NCBI RefSeq assembly: GCF_009914755.1
Contig: NC_060925.1
From: the human T2T-CHM13v2.0 reference genome, Homo sapiens
Reading direction: 5' to 3' (one strand)
DNA: 64,000 nt
A program made the translations under genes and the position numbers. The notes under the pieces were generated by a model. It made no database searches, was not told where the DNA came from, and saw only the letters and a program-made list of their open reading frames with translations. Of the stretch, positions 35,115 to 64,000 are shown piece by piece (position 1 is the first letter of the stretch; the number at the start of each line of letters is the position of its first letter).

Positions 35115-36214
35115 CTAAAATAAATAATTCTATGAATGGCATCATTTTTCTTTCAGCTTTCCAAATTTAAGCCCAAGAGTTTTCTTTATCACTTCCTTCT
35201 TCTTCCCACTACATGTCCACTTAATTTCCAGGTCGTCACAAATTCTCTTTCACAATCTCACATCCATTCTTTCCTTTCTGTTACTCACTGTGTTATCCTA
35301 GCCCTTGTTTCCCCTTGTTGAGACTGCTAAAACTCCTCTTGTTGTTTTCACCCTATAGTGTGTGTTAGCTCCAATACTTTTTACGCACTCTTGCCAGTTA
35401 TCTTCCTGAAGTATGGCTTTGATCATTTACCTGCCTGAATTCAACAAGTATGAACTGTTGTATGCACTATGTGCCAGACACCGATAGAGATTCATATTAA
35501 TTCATTCATGTAGACGTATTAAATACATAAAATATGCCAGCCCTCCCCAGGCACTGAATCCATGCTATGAATGGGACAGACACCTAGAGCTTACATTCTA
35601 GTTAGAATCAATGGGATACACAGTAAGATATGGCCCCTGCTCCCAAAATGTTTATCTGCTCAAAACCTTCCATTGCTTCCCGATACCTGAAAGAACAAAA
35701 TTCAAAGTCCTTGCCCTGACTTTCAAGGTTCAGTATGGTCCTGTCTTAAGCAACAGAAGTATAGTATCTAGATGAATAATCTTGAGTTTGCATGCATCTT
35801 GTATTCTGTATTGGGCACCACATTTTAAAAGGAATATAGACACACTAGAAAATCTTCAGTAGAAAAAGGGTAGAGTGGTAGACCACATCCTCTGAGAAAC
35901 CAATCAAACGTACTTAATAGCTATTTTTAAATTACTGAAACTCTTGTGTATGGAAAAGATATGTGTTGCCTTAAACAGTCCTAAGTAAAAAGTGAAGCTG
36001 TACTAAGAAGACAGATTTGGCTCAAGGTAAAAAATTACTGCCTTCCAGAACCTTCTGAAATAGATAGACAGCCAGGAGACAGTCAGTGCCCAGCCCCTGT
36101 CACACAAGGAGCTCAAGCAGGGGCTTTACAGGAATGATTAGAAGGTGGTACAAGATGACCTTTAAAGTTTCCTTCCAATGTGAGATTTTATTTATTTATT
36201 TATTTATTTATTGA

Positions 36215-36373
<159 letters not shown>

Positions 36374-37899
36374 TAGTAGAGACGGGGTTTCTCCATGTTG
36401 GTTAGACTGGTCTTGAACTCCCAACCTCAGGTGATCCACCCGCCTCGGCACCCCAAAGTGCTGGGATTACAGACGAGAGCCACCGCGCCTGGCCCAATGT
36501 GAAATTTTATACCCTTCACTTTCATGCATTGTGAGTTCTGCAATATTAAATTAAGCATCATTTTCCAGAAAGCTTCAATGCTTCCTGTCTCCATCACTAT
36601 TCCTTTATTTGGAGTGCTCTTTTCTTGTTCCAAATAGAGCTCAGCCATCACCTCTACAAAGACTTCTATAACTAATACCACTCCCAGCTGAGTTTATTAA
36701 TCGATGAAGGTTGTACTGTTCATACCCTACACCCAAGAGAAGCAGCATGTTCCTTCTGACATTGGAGTTTCCACATTGACAAACATTTCCTACAGGAAAT
36801 GGACGTTTGCCCTGTAGAAACTCATATTGATAGAAGAATATCAGGTTAATTCTTGCCTCATGTACGCTACACATTCCTGCCTATCTGATATTTCTTTTCT
36901 TTCTTTTTTTTTTTTCTTTTTTTGTGAGACGGAGTCTCGCTCTGTCGCCCAGGCTGGAGTGCAGTGGCAGATCTCAGCTCACTACAACCTCCGCCTCTTG
37001 GGTTCACACCATTCTCCTGCCTCAGCCTCCCGAGTAGCTAGGACTACAGGCACCCGCCACCATGCCTGGCTAATTTTTCATATTTTTAGTAGAGACAGGG
37101 TTTCACTGTGTTAGCCAGGATGGTCTCCATCTCCTGACCTCGTGATCTGCCTGCCTCGGCCTCCCAAAGTGCTGGGATTACAGGCGTGAGCCACTGCACC
37201 CGGCCTTATCTGATATTTCTAACACAAACATCTAATGATGTAATTTTCATGTTTACAAGCTTTCCAATGGCTCCCCACTGATTACAAAGCTGAGTCCTGA
37301 GTGTTTAATCTGCAACACAAGGTCCCTTGGGAGCTGCCTTTGCTACCAATCCTATCTATTCAGTAAAATATATCTCAAAGGCTTACTGAACAATTGCTGT
37401 TTCTCAAACATACTATATTGTCCTCCCTTAAACCTTCATATCTTTACCTGGAATATCTTCTTTCCTTCTCCCCTTTCCCACTTTTAGCTGCCAGATAAAC
37501 TCATTCTTAGCCCTCAATTCAATTCATGTGTTGGCCTCTTCAGTAAAATCTCCCTTGATTCTTCCCTTTGGGCTTCTTTCCCACTTTACCCAGCAAATTG
37601 CTTTGGAATTATTTGCTTTCAGGAAGTACAGATTTTTTTATTTTTCTCTTTAACTTTATAAGATTCAGACAGTTTACTTAGTATAAAATTATACTAGAAA
37701 TTTGTGATAAGGAGAATAAATGAAAGGAAATCAAAGAAAGATGGAAGTCTCTTGAAATGCACTAATTGAGAGAAGGTGGAAAATTAATAAAATATTCAGG
37801 CTGAATAAGTCTAGTGAGATCTGCAAGTGCCAGGGTAAAACAAGATGTCCTTTTTGAGGAATGTAATGATGAATAATGAGAAAATATGTGCCTGAAGTC

Positions 37900-40940
<3,041 letters not shown>

Positions 40941-41059
40941 ATTGGGGCCAAGACCAAAGAATGGATGTTTGTCATTTTTTGTCTGCCCAACATCCAACTA
41001 CCCTTCCTGTTTGGGGAAATCTTTTTTTTCTTTTTTTTTCTTTTTTTAATTTTGTGTGA

Positions 41060-41245
<186 letters not shown>

Positions 41246-42887
41246 TAGGCTGGTCTTGAACTCCTGACCTCAAGTGATCCACCTGCCTCGACCTCCCAAA
41301 GTGTTGGGATGATTACAGGCGTGAGCCACTGCACCCGGCCATGAAGAAGTCTTTCTTCACATGAATCTGTCAGAAACAATTCCCACTGCGGAGGCCTAGA
41401 GAAATCAAATATTCCCTCTTCCACCCTCTGGCAGCCAAGGTGTTAGTGCATGACTCAGCCTTGACCAGTCAGATGCTCTAGCCAGAGACTAGACTATTGA
41501 GTGACACAAAGATGACACAATTTATAATTCAGCCATGCCAGAGGCAGCAGTATCCAATGACAGTAGCAGCAGTGCTCGGCAACAGCAGTGTCTGGTGGTG
41601 GCAATGTCTAATGCCAGCATTGCCCTAACCAGACTTTTCCTGTGCTCTCCCTGGCTATGGTTCCTGATGGCTGGCTTCTCTTGATTTCTGTCTGTTTATA
41701 AGACTAGTTCTCTTTCTGAGAGCTATCTGACCTCTTTACAATAAATATATTTTCTGTTTAACGGAGAATCCGTTCCTGTTGCTTGCAAACAAGAATGTGT
41801 TCTTTTTTCCTCTGGAAAGGAGCAGGAGAGATGATAGGTAGGGGGAATATGTGAGGTTTGAATTTGCTGGAGCCATTCTTGATACCGTAAGGGAAGCCAA
41901 ACTGGGGATTAAATCAACATAGAAGAAAGGCAGGGTTAAGAAAAGCCATAGACACATAAAGGCAGAACCCTGATACTTTGAATCACTGGATTCAGCCATA
42001 GCTAAAGGTAGTCTCACTCTGGACTTTTTGGCCATATGAGTCAATAAATTCCATTTTATTTTTAAGTCTCATGTGAGTGGGCTTTTCTGTCACTCGCAAC
42101 CAAAAGCATCCTACCTGATACCTTTCTGTTCTGCCTGTGAAAAGGAATCCCTCACTTAATTCTGCAAATAGGCTTTCAGCTGCTATTCTACTTCTCTTCT
42201 TTCTTTCCTAGTTGAACTTCTCATAAATGATTTAAAATCTTAGTGTCTTTATTTCCTCACTGCCCTTTGCTGCTTTATCCACTAAAACCTGGATTCCTTC
42301 TTTACTACTATAACACTATTTCCTTTTAGATCACCAGTAGTCTTCTCCTGTCTTAATTCAGTGCCAACACCATATCTCAAAGTCATTCATTCATTCAACA
42401 AAGTTTTACATACCCACTTTAGAAACATATAGGGCTACATTCATTCACTGAACAAATATTTATTGAACATCTAATATATCCCAGACTTTTAGGATAAACA
42501 AATTCTATATGATCCCTACTCTCATAAAGGATTACAATTTTATCAGCCAGTACAGACTAAAGTAATATAATAAATTATAGTGAATATTACTGAAAGATCT
42601 CCCTAGAAAATTTATATTTAAGCAAAGCCTAGAAGTTGAATATAGAGGGAAGAGAATAACACAAAGAGAATGTTAAAGGAAAAGGCTTGAAAGCAAAGGG
42701 GAAGAGAGGGGCAGGCAAAATTCATGGAACTGTGAGAAGCCCACTATTGCCAGGTTAGAAAGTACAAGGGACAGAGAGGTAAGAAATAAGGTTAGAATAA
42801 ATTGTCAAGAGCCTTGGAGCCCCATTAAGACAGTGGGAAGCTGAAAACAGATTTTGATCAGATGACTGATCAATTTGCATTTATTAA

Positions 42888-43181
<294 letters not shown>

Positions 43182-44219
43182 TAACTTTTGTATGGTTTGT
43201 AGAAATGGGGTTTCTCCATGTTGCCTAGGCTGGTCTCAAACTCCAAGCTCAAGCGATCCACCTGCCTCAGCCTCCCAAGTGCTGGGATTACAGGCATGAG
43301 CCACCACAGGCCAGCCTCCAAAAGGATATTAATAGATACAGGGAGTGAGAAATCACTGCAATTTTGAATGCAAAAATGCATATGACCTTGTTCTGAAAGA
43401 GCACTATAGAAAGGACAAGATACATAAACAATGTGATATATCTATAAATAATATATATATACACCCAAAGGGTGGTACAGATATTTACCAATATTTCCAT
43501 ACTTTTTAGCCATTGGGAGGAACTCTGGACCACTTTTCTCTCATCCTAGGTCTTAGGACAACTTCCTTGCAATTCTCTGGCAAGGTACAACTCTGTACCA
43601 TAATGACCACAACTCATGATATTGTTTCACAGAGCAGTTTAGCTCTGCATCATCCCAATTAACTCTTCACCAAACAAGATTTTAGCTTTGCTTGTGTGTA
43701 ACCAAAACACCCATTAAACCACTTTTCAAAACAAATCTATTGGCTTTTTTCTATTTAAGAGACATGGTCTTGCTTTGTTGCCCAGGCTAGCCTCAAACTC
43801 CTGGGCTCAAGCAATCCTCCCAAGAAGCTAGCACTATAGATGTGGGGTTTTTTTTTTTTGTCTTTCTAGGATGATGTTCAGGGCACTTTCTCTCATGATG
43901 TGCTTTTTATAGGTTTCTCAGAAATTCCCCCATTAAGGTTATTTATCTGCAGATGCCTCAGAGTCAATCTCCTTCTTCCCATTGGACTTTACAATGCTGA
44001 GTCTAATATATTTACCTCTAGCCACATTCTGTTAAAGTAACTTCATCCTAAGTTGAATTCCACCTAAGAGGAAGCCCTCTTGGGTGGAATCTTCTTTTAT
44101 ATGACCTCAGACTGGACCCTATCTGTGGAGTCCATATCTGGCCCTCAAGATTTAAAAAATCCCCCTTACTGGCCGGGCGTGGTGGCTCAAGCTTGTAATC
44201 CCAGCACGTTGGGAGGTCA

Positions 44220-44506
<287 letters not shown>

Positions 44507-44553
44507 TCACGCCTGTAATCCCAACACTCTGGGAAGCCCAGGCGGGCGGATCA

Positions 44554-44858
<305 letters not shown>

Positions 44859-44955
44859 TCACGCCTGTAATCCCAGTGCCTTGGGAGGGCTAGGTGAGAG
44901 GATCACTTGAGGCCAGAACTTCAGCCTGGGTAACATAGCAAGACCCCCATCTCTA

Positions 44956-45111
<156 letters not shown>

Positions 45112-45139
45112 CTATCTGTATTTTTAAAAATTTAAAAAT

Positions 45140-48500
<3,361 letters not shown>

Positions 48501-48906
48501 AGCTTGAAGGGAAAGTAGTCACCTTTGGTATTTTCCCTCTGTACACCTTTCTCCTACAGAGTACAGAGGGAAAATACCAACATTCCAGCAACTTTCCCCA
48601 AGAAAACCTATTGCCTCTTTACTCTCAACCCTTTTTATCCCCTCAAGGTGAATACTGAACTAAATATTTCAAAAATTGTCTAGCTACTTGCTCTGCAATG
48701 CCTGGTTATCAGATCCCTCTTTGGAACATAGGGCTCCTGCTATCTATTGTTTTATTTTGGCCTAAATTTATAGCACAGCTGTAATTGAAACAGAAATAGT
48801 CTCCTTTTAATAACCTGATGCGTCTGTTCTGCCAATCCCTATGTTTTGTTTTGAAAATCTGATCATTCTGTAACAACAACATATTTTATTAAAAATCACC
48901 CTTCTG

Positions 48907-49252
<346 letters not shown>

Positions 49253-49255
49253 TCA

Positions 49256-51166
<1,911 letters not shown>

Positions 51167-51474
51167 TGAAAACCCAGTGTAAAAGATATGAGTGCAACTT
51201 ACCCTGTTGCCCCAGAATTGTGGTCAAGTCTTATTGAAGGCACAATACTACTTATAATCTAAAGAAAGCTGCAACAATTAGAGCCAGAACCTCTTCCAAA
51301 TCTCATGAGAAGATGGCGTAGTCAATCGTATATCCACCAACTCCCACCCCTTGTCCCACCACAGTATATATAAAGAATAAGGCCGGGCGCAGTGGCTCAC
51401 GCCTGTAATCCCAGCACTTTGGGAGGCCGAGACGGGCAGATCACGAGGTCAGGATATCGAGACCATCCTGGCTA

Positions 51475-52162
<688 letters not shown>

Positions 52163-52844
52163 CTAACAGCATTTCATTCCCTAGATAGATGCTTTAAACT
52201 GTAGAACCTGCCAAACCACTCTGGTCAGGTTGGAGTAAAGCATGGTGTGAGTTTTTAACCTGTGCAAACATAAAAAATCATGTCAATTTCTTGGCTGCAG
52301 AGATCTGAAAGTGGAAGGCCCACTGGAATAATCTGTGCTGGCAGGGTTTATAGGTACCTTGGCAGAGTATGCCTAGGAAGAAAATGTGGCCAATCCCCCC
52401 AACCCATCACAGTCTGGCCACTCCCCTTGAAGGACTTCAGGTGTCTCCGAAGGAGCAGGAGCAGTGGGAGGTGCCAGGAGACCACTGTACCAAGCCATGT
52501 GATATCCAACGTGAGTTTAGGTTGGGAGAATAGAGGATAAGCAGCACCATTTGAAGGGGTCTTCAATGACAGAAAAGTCCAGAATGAAGAGAAACGCTAC
52601 TCAAAAAACTACAAACATCCTTCACTCTGAAACCACCAGATCTAACCAGAGTAAGACCAGGTCACCTACTCACAGTTGGCCACAGCTGATTCATTAAATA
52701 GAGAAACACTTCACATTTTCCCCTTCCTTTCTTCCTGATCCTGTACAATGCAGAAGAAGAAGCCTGAAAAGGGAGAAGAGCTAATAGAACTCTAAATCCT
52801 CTATAAGATTAGGAATTTAAAACTGAACTAAGGTTTTACAAAAA

Positions 52845-57050
<4,206 letters not shown>

Positions 57051-57107
57051 AGAATTTTCTTGATGGAGTAAGGTTTTGGGTTTTTTTTTCCTGTTTTCCT
57101 TATGTAA

Positions 57108-57419
<312 letters not shown>

Positions 57420-57949
57420 TGAAATTGATCACTTCTGGGATATACCTGATTTTTCATGAAGATGTGAGAATGACAGCACAATTAAATGTAGTGATCAGAA
57501 AAAATAAAACAATTTCATGTTCATAGCCAGTGAGTTATACAACAACTAGGTACAATAAGTACTCTTGGAATTTGAAGTAATCTTAGAGGAGGATTTTGAC
57601 TTAACACAGAATTCAGATGTTTAAGACAGTTTTACCTGGATCTTAGGGGACAAGGCAGGCCCAACTGATTCCTAGGTTATATACATTTGCTCACGTTCTG
57701 CCTTGGAGTAATTCTTCGGATATTTTATACTTGTGTGTATGTGTGTATCTTGTCAGTCATCTATATTAACTTTATCAGTTTTGTAACTGCTTCTTAAGTA
57801 AATCTTACTGATATTTTTTCAACCCTTGGTCCCTTTTTGGTTTTTCACAGTGTTATTAAGAAAACACATACACACACAAACCGATAAGCCTGTTTTATCC
57901 TCCTTTGTCTAGGAATATGACAAATCTGAAGCTATACCTGAGGAATTAG

Positions 57950-58153
<204 letters not shown>

Positions 58154-58705
58154 AGTATAATAAAACCTGGTAGACTCCCCCAAGCAAGAGATTTGAAATC
58201 TGTTATACACACTTTATATTATTTCACCTCCCTGTTTCTCAGCCTTCTCACTCTTGCATTCCACAGTGAGATGAAACACAAGCCAGTTTGTATTGTTCCT
58301 GTTCAGGGAAATGGCTACTAAAGTGAGATAAAGGTTGAATTTATTGGCTAGAATAAGGCCATAGATTTTAATTCTTCAGTGCCTAAGGTCCTTAGGATGA
58401 GACAGTGGGCCATAATTTTATGATGTAATGTAACATAATGTCATCATGCTTGGTAAGGTCCACCTGAAACTAGAAGCTCACCTAGAGGTGGCAGACTTGA
58501 ATGATCCCTTTAGTTATGCAAATGTAGGCTCAGCAGAAACCAAATGTCCTATAAGAAGAGTGTAACCAGATTGTTTTAGTGTGTGAAGTTTTATAAAATC
58601 TGCTGTTCTTAAGTGGGCAGAACTCTCTGGTAGAAGGGGACTAATTTGCTGTGGGTGAATTCCTTAATCTCTCTCATCCCAAATTTCCTCATCTATAAAA
58701 TAATA

Positions 58706-59369
<664 letters not shown>

Positions 59370-62110
59370 TAAGAGCAAAGGGAAGAAAATCATAGCCCTT
59401 ACTCTCCAAAGTCTGAAGTTAGGGGACTTTGATAGAGTGGTGTGGTGTATGAGCCAACTGGCAGGGAAGCTTTTAAGAGAATTCACTAGAAAGAAAGGGA
59501 GCACCTAAATTGCTGAACAAGACTCAATGTGGGTTTGGCTGAAGAGGATTGGTTTTAGTACAGCAGTTGATGGAGAATCAAAGCCCTCACATCCAGCCAC
59601 GATGGCCTAATATTCTAGTCAACAGTAACCTAGCATATGAGTATGAACTGAGAGCCATAACCTTGGAATCTAACTGGGAGGGTATCACTTGGGCTTATGC
59701 AGTGACTTGGACCAGCAAGTAGCCACTTCAGTGGAGACATGTATCCATGGGACCAAGCTGGACTGGGTTTTAACAGCAATACCACATGGTATAGAGACAC
59801 AACTTTAGCCATGCACTGTTAGCAGAGACCTGATCATTGGTCTCTGTTTCTGACTCCTGGATGTGGGACTGCCCACTTCCTTAGCTTGAGTAAGCCTCCA
59901 GGGAAAATGGAGACAGGGGAATCAAAGCGGAAGATACTAGACTTTGTCTGCACCAGAACAAGGTACTGTATTGTATTGGTTAAGCTGGCAGGGAGGTAAA
60001 GTGAGGATGTGGGGAGGGGGACAAGAGAGATACATGATTTGATTTGATGAAAAGAAACTCAGGGCAAGGTGCAGATCAGGTGAAAAGCAGATTAGGATTG
60101 ATGTCAGCTATGTCGGTGTTTGTGGAAAAGTAAAATAAAAATAAAGGCTGGGTGCAGTGGCTCACACCTGTAATCCCAGCACTTTGGGAGGCCGAGGTGG
60201 GTGGATCACCAGAGGTCAGGAGTTCGAGACCAGCCTGGCCCAACATGGTGAAACCCCGTCTCTACTAAAAATACAAAAATTAGCTGGGCATGGTGGCAGG
60301 TGGCTGTAATCCCAGCTACTTGGGAGGCTGAGGCAGGAGAATCGCTTGAACGTAGGGGTGGAGGTTGCAGTGATCCAAGATCACGACACTGCACTCCAGC
60401 CTGGGCAACAGAGCAAGACTCCATCTCAAATAAATAAATAAAGGGTTGATGTCAGCACTTGAGGACTGCAGTGCATTCCCTCCAGGAACTCAGAGATTAA
60501 CCTCTCCACCACTTCTTAACATAAACTGCATGACTAACACATGATTAATGAGAGCATCAATATGCAGTCACCGGAGAATCACAGGTTTGACAATTATCTG
60601 ACTTTCTCCAGTAACCTAAGAAAAGATGCATCAGTTGGAAGAAGTGGATCATTTGTGAAAGCAGAAAAAGATGAACAATCTAAAGCAAATCCACATGGAG
60701 CCAGTACGAATACTGTTCAAGAGAAAGGGGAGGCTGGGTGTGGTGGCCCATGCCTGTAATCTCAGGAGTTTGGGAGGCTGAGGTGGGAGGATCGCTTGAG
60801 CTCAGGAGCTTGAGACCAGCCTGGGCGATATAGTGAGATCTCATCTCTACTAAAAAATAAAAAATTAGCTGGGCATGGTGACCCGTGCCTGTAATCCTAG
60901 CTGCTTGGGAGACTGAGGTGGGAGGATTGCTTAGGCCTGGAAGACGGAGGTTGCAGTGAGCTGTGCTCGTGCAACTGCACTCCATCCAGCCTGGGTGGCC
61001 AGATAATCCTTGGTACGGAGATTCAGGGAGTTGCAGCCCATGGACCTTCAGTTTGTTTGGTCTTATTGATCACATGATCTCTGTTAACCTGATGTTCTTA
61101 ATCATCCCTTCCACCCACCTCAAACTAACAATTTACAGGTCCAATTGGTCTGCAGAGAAGTTACATTGGGCCAGGACCCTCCCACTACTAATGTGGGTGT
61201 GTCTGGTGGGTGTTGGGGTTCTACATTTGTGTTTGAATCAACATTTTAAAAATTATTATTATAAAGGTAATACATGCATATTGTAAAACAATTTTTTCAA
61301 ACATCACCTAGGGATAAAAAGGCAAAAAGTAGGTCCGGGCATGGTGGCTCACGCCTGTAATCCCAGCACTTTGGGAGGCTGAGGCGGGCGGATCATGAGG
61401 TCAGGAGATCGAGACCATCCTGGCTAACACGGTGAAACCCCATCTCTACTAAAAATACAGAAAATTAGCTGGGCATGGTGGTGGGTGCCTGTAGTCCCAG
61501 CTACTCGGGAGGGTGAGGCAGGAGAATGGCATGAACCCAGAGGTGGAGCTTGCAGTGAGCCAAGATCACCCCACTGGTGACAGAGTGAGATTCCATCTCA
61601 AAAAAAAAAAAAAAAAGGCAAAAAGTTATTTGATTACTGCCTTGTTTCCCATTCCTTCTTTCCAAAGGTAATCGCTATAAAGTCCATTTGTGCATATATA
61701 TATATATATATACATATATCTTTCCAAATATTTTCCTTTCTTTTTAATCTAAACTTTTTGAATAGGCTATCCATTTTCGTGTTTCAAATTTCTTTTTTTT
61801 TGTTTCTTTTTTTTTTTTTTTTGAGTTGGAGTCTTGCTCTGTCGCCCAAGCTGGAGTATAATGGCGCAACCTCGGCTCACTGCAACCACTGCCTCCCAGG
61901 TTCAAGTGATTCTCCTGCCTCAGCCTCCTAGTAGCTGGGATTACAGGCACCTGCCACCATGGCTGGCTCATTTTTTGTATTTTTAGTAGAAACGGGGTTT
62001 TACCATGTTGGCCACGCTGGTCTGGAACTCCTGTCCTCAGGTGATCCACCTGCCTCGGCCTCCCAACGTGCTGGGTCAAATTTCAAAAGGTACAAAATGG
62101 TGTACTGTGA

Positions 62111-62600
<490 letters not shown>

Positions 62601-62616
62601 TAATATTGTATCTTGA

Positions 62617-62886
<270 letters not shown>

Positions 62887-63339
62887 TGATCCACCCGCTT
62901 CGGCCTCCTGAAGTGCTGGGATTACAGGCGTGAGCCCGGCCTAGCTTTTTTTTTTTTAAACACGGTTAAAGAGTATTCTATTGTTTGAGTGTGCCATAAT
63001 TTAACCAATGCCTGCCAATAGAAATTTACATTATTTTCAAATCTTCTGCTGTTTCAAATAATTATGCTGAAGAAAATAATTTAGCACTTAAATCATTTCA
63101 AAAGTATGCAAATTCAAAAGTATGTAAAAGCCAGGCACGGTGGCTCCACTGCACTCCACTTGCACCACTGCACTCCAGCCTGGGCAAGAGAGTGAGACTC
63201 CGTCTCAAAACAAACAAAGTATGTCACTTAAAGTCCTAGAAGTTGAATTGTTGATTTAAAGAATATCGCAGGGCTGGCCGGGTGCCGTGGCTCACACCTG
63301 TAATATATATATATTGCAGGGCTGGGCAGCAGTTGCTCA

Positions 63340-63585
<246 letters not shown>

Positions 63586-64000
63586 TCAAAAAAAAATAAT
63601 AATAATAATATTGCAGGCTTGGCATGGTGGCTCACGGCTGTAATCCCAGCACTTTATGAGGCTGAGGAGGGAGAATCGCTTGAGGCTAAGAGTTTGAGAC
63701 CAGTCTGGGCAATATAGCAAGACCCTAAGACCCCATCTCTAGTGGCATGTGCCTTTCAGGAGGCTTAGGCAGGAGGATCCCTTGAGCCCAGGAATTCAAG
63801 GTTATAATGAGCTAGGATTATGCCACTACACTGTAGCCTGGGAGCCTGGGTGACAGAGCAAGACACTGTCTCTAAAAAAACAGAAAGAGTATTGCTGAAT
63901 TTACAGAATTTTTGAATGAGTTGCCAACATTTTAAACACACTTTCATACAAAATATAGATGTTTAAATTCACTTGAAAAATGGGAATATCTAATAATACT

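Overview
Human (primate) genomic DNA with very high Alu density, recognisable as the ARNT-to-SETDB1 interval of 1q21.3. SETDB1 itself is not in the window. The - strand carries the 5' end of ARNT (HIF-1beta): CpG-island promoter, exon 1 (ATG at 22255), an 18-kb intron 1 and the 112-nt exon 2 (4024-4135). The + strand carries a 55-aa single-pass cortexin-family ORF (CTXND2, 57986-58153) that is below the ORF-track length cut-off, with a candidate non-coding first exon about 25 kb upstream. Between them lie a disrupted RPS27A processed pseudogene, a Y3 RNA pseudogene, a full-length cytochrome c retrocopy with an open frame and ancestral-type residues, a MER85 piggyBac MITE, several solo LTRs, and many Alu/L1/MIR/L2/Tigger fragments. 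Almost all listed ORFs are Alu or L1 read-throughs. The best unannotated-looking structures are: a stack of three retroinsertions at one target site (48890-50788), including an unidentified mRNA 3' end; a young L1 with a 3' transduction (10022-10604); a candidate Alu-derived ARNT cassette exon and a TSS-dependent overlapping uORF; and an LTR12 promoter upstream of the intact cytochrome c frame. I see no evidence of a wholly new biological system. Gene symbols and repeat subfamilies were recognised from memory, not by database search.
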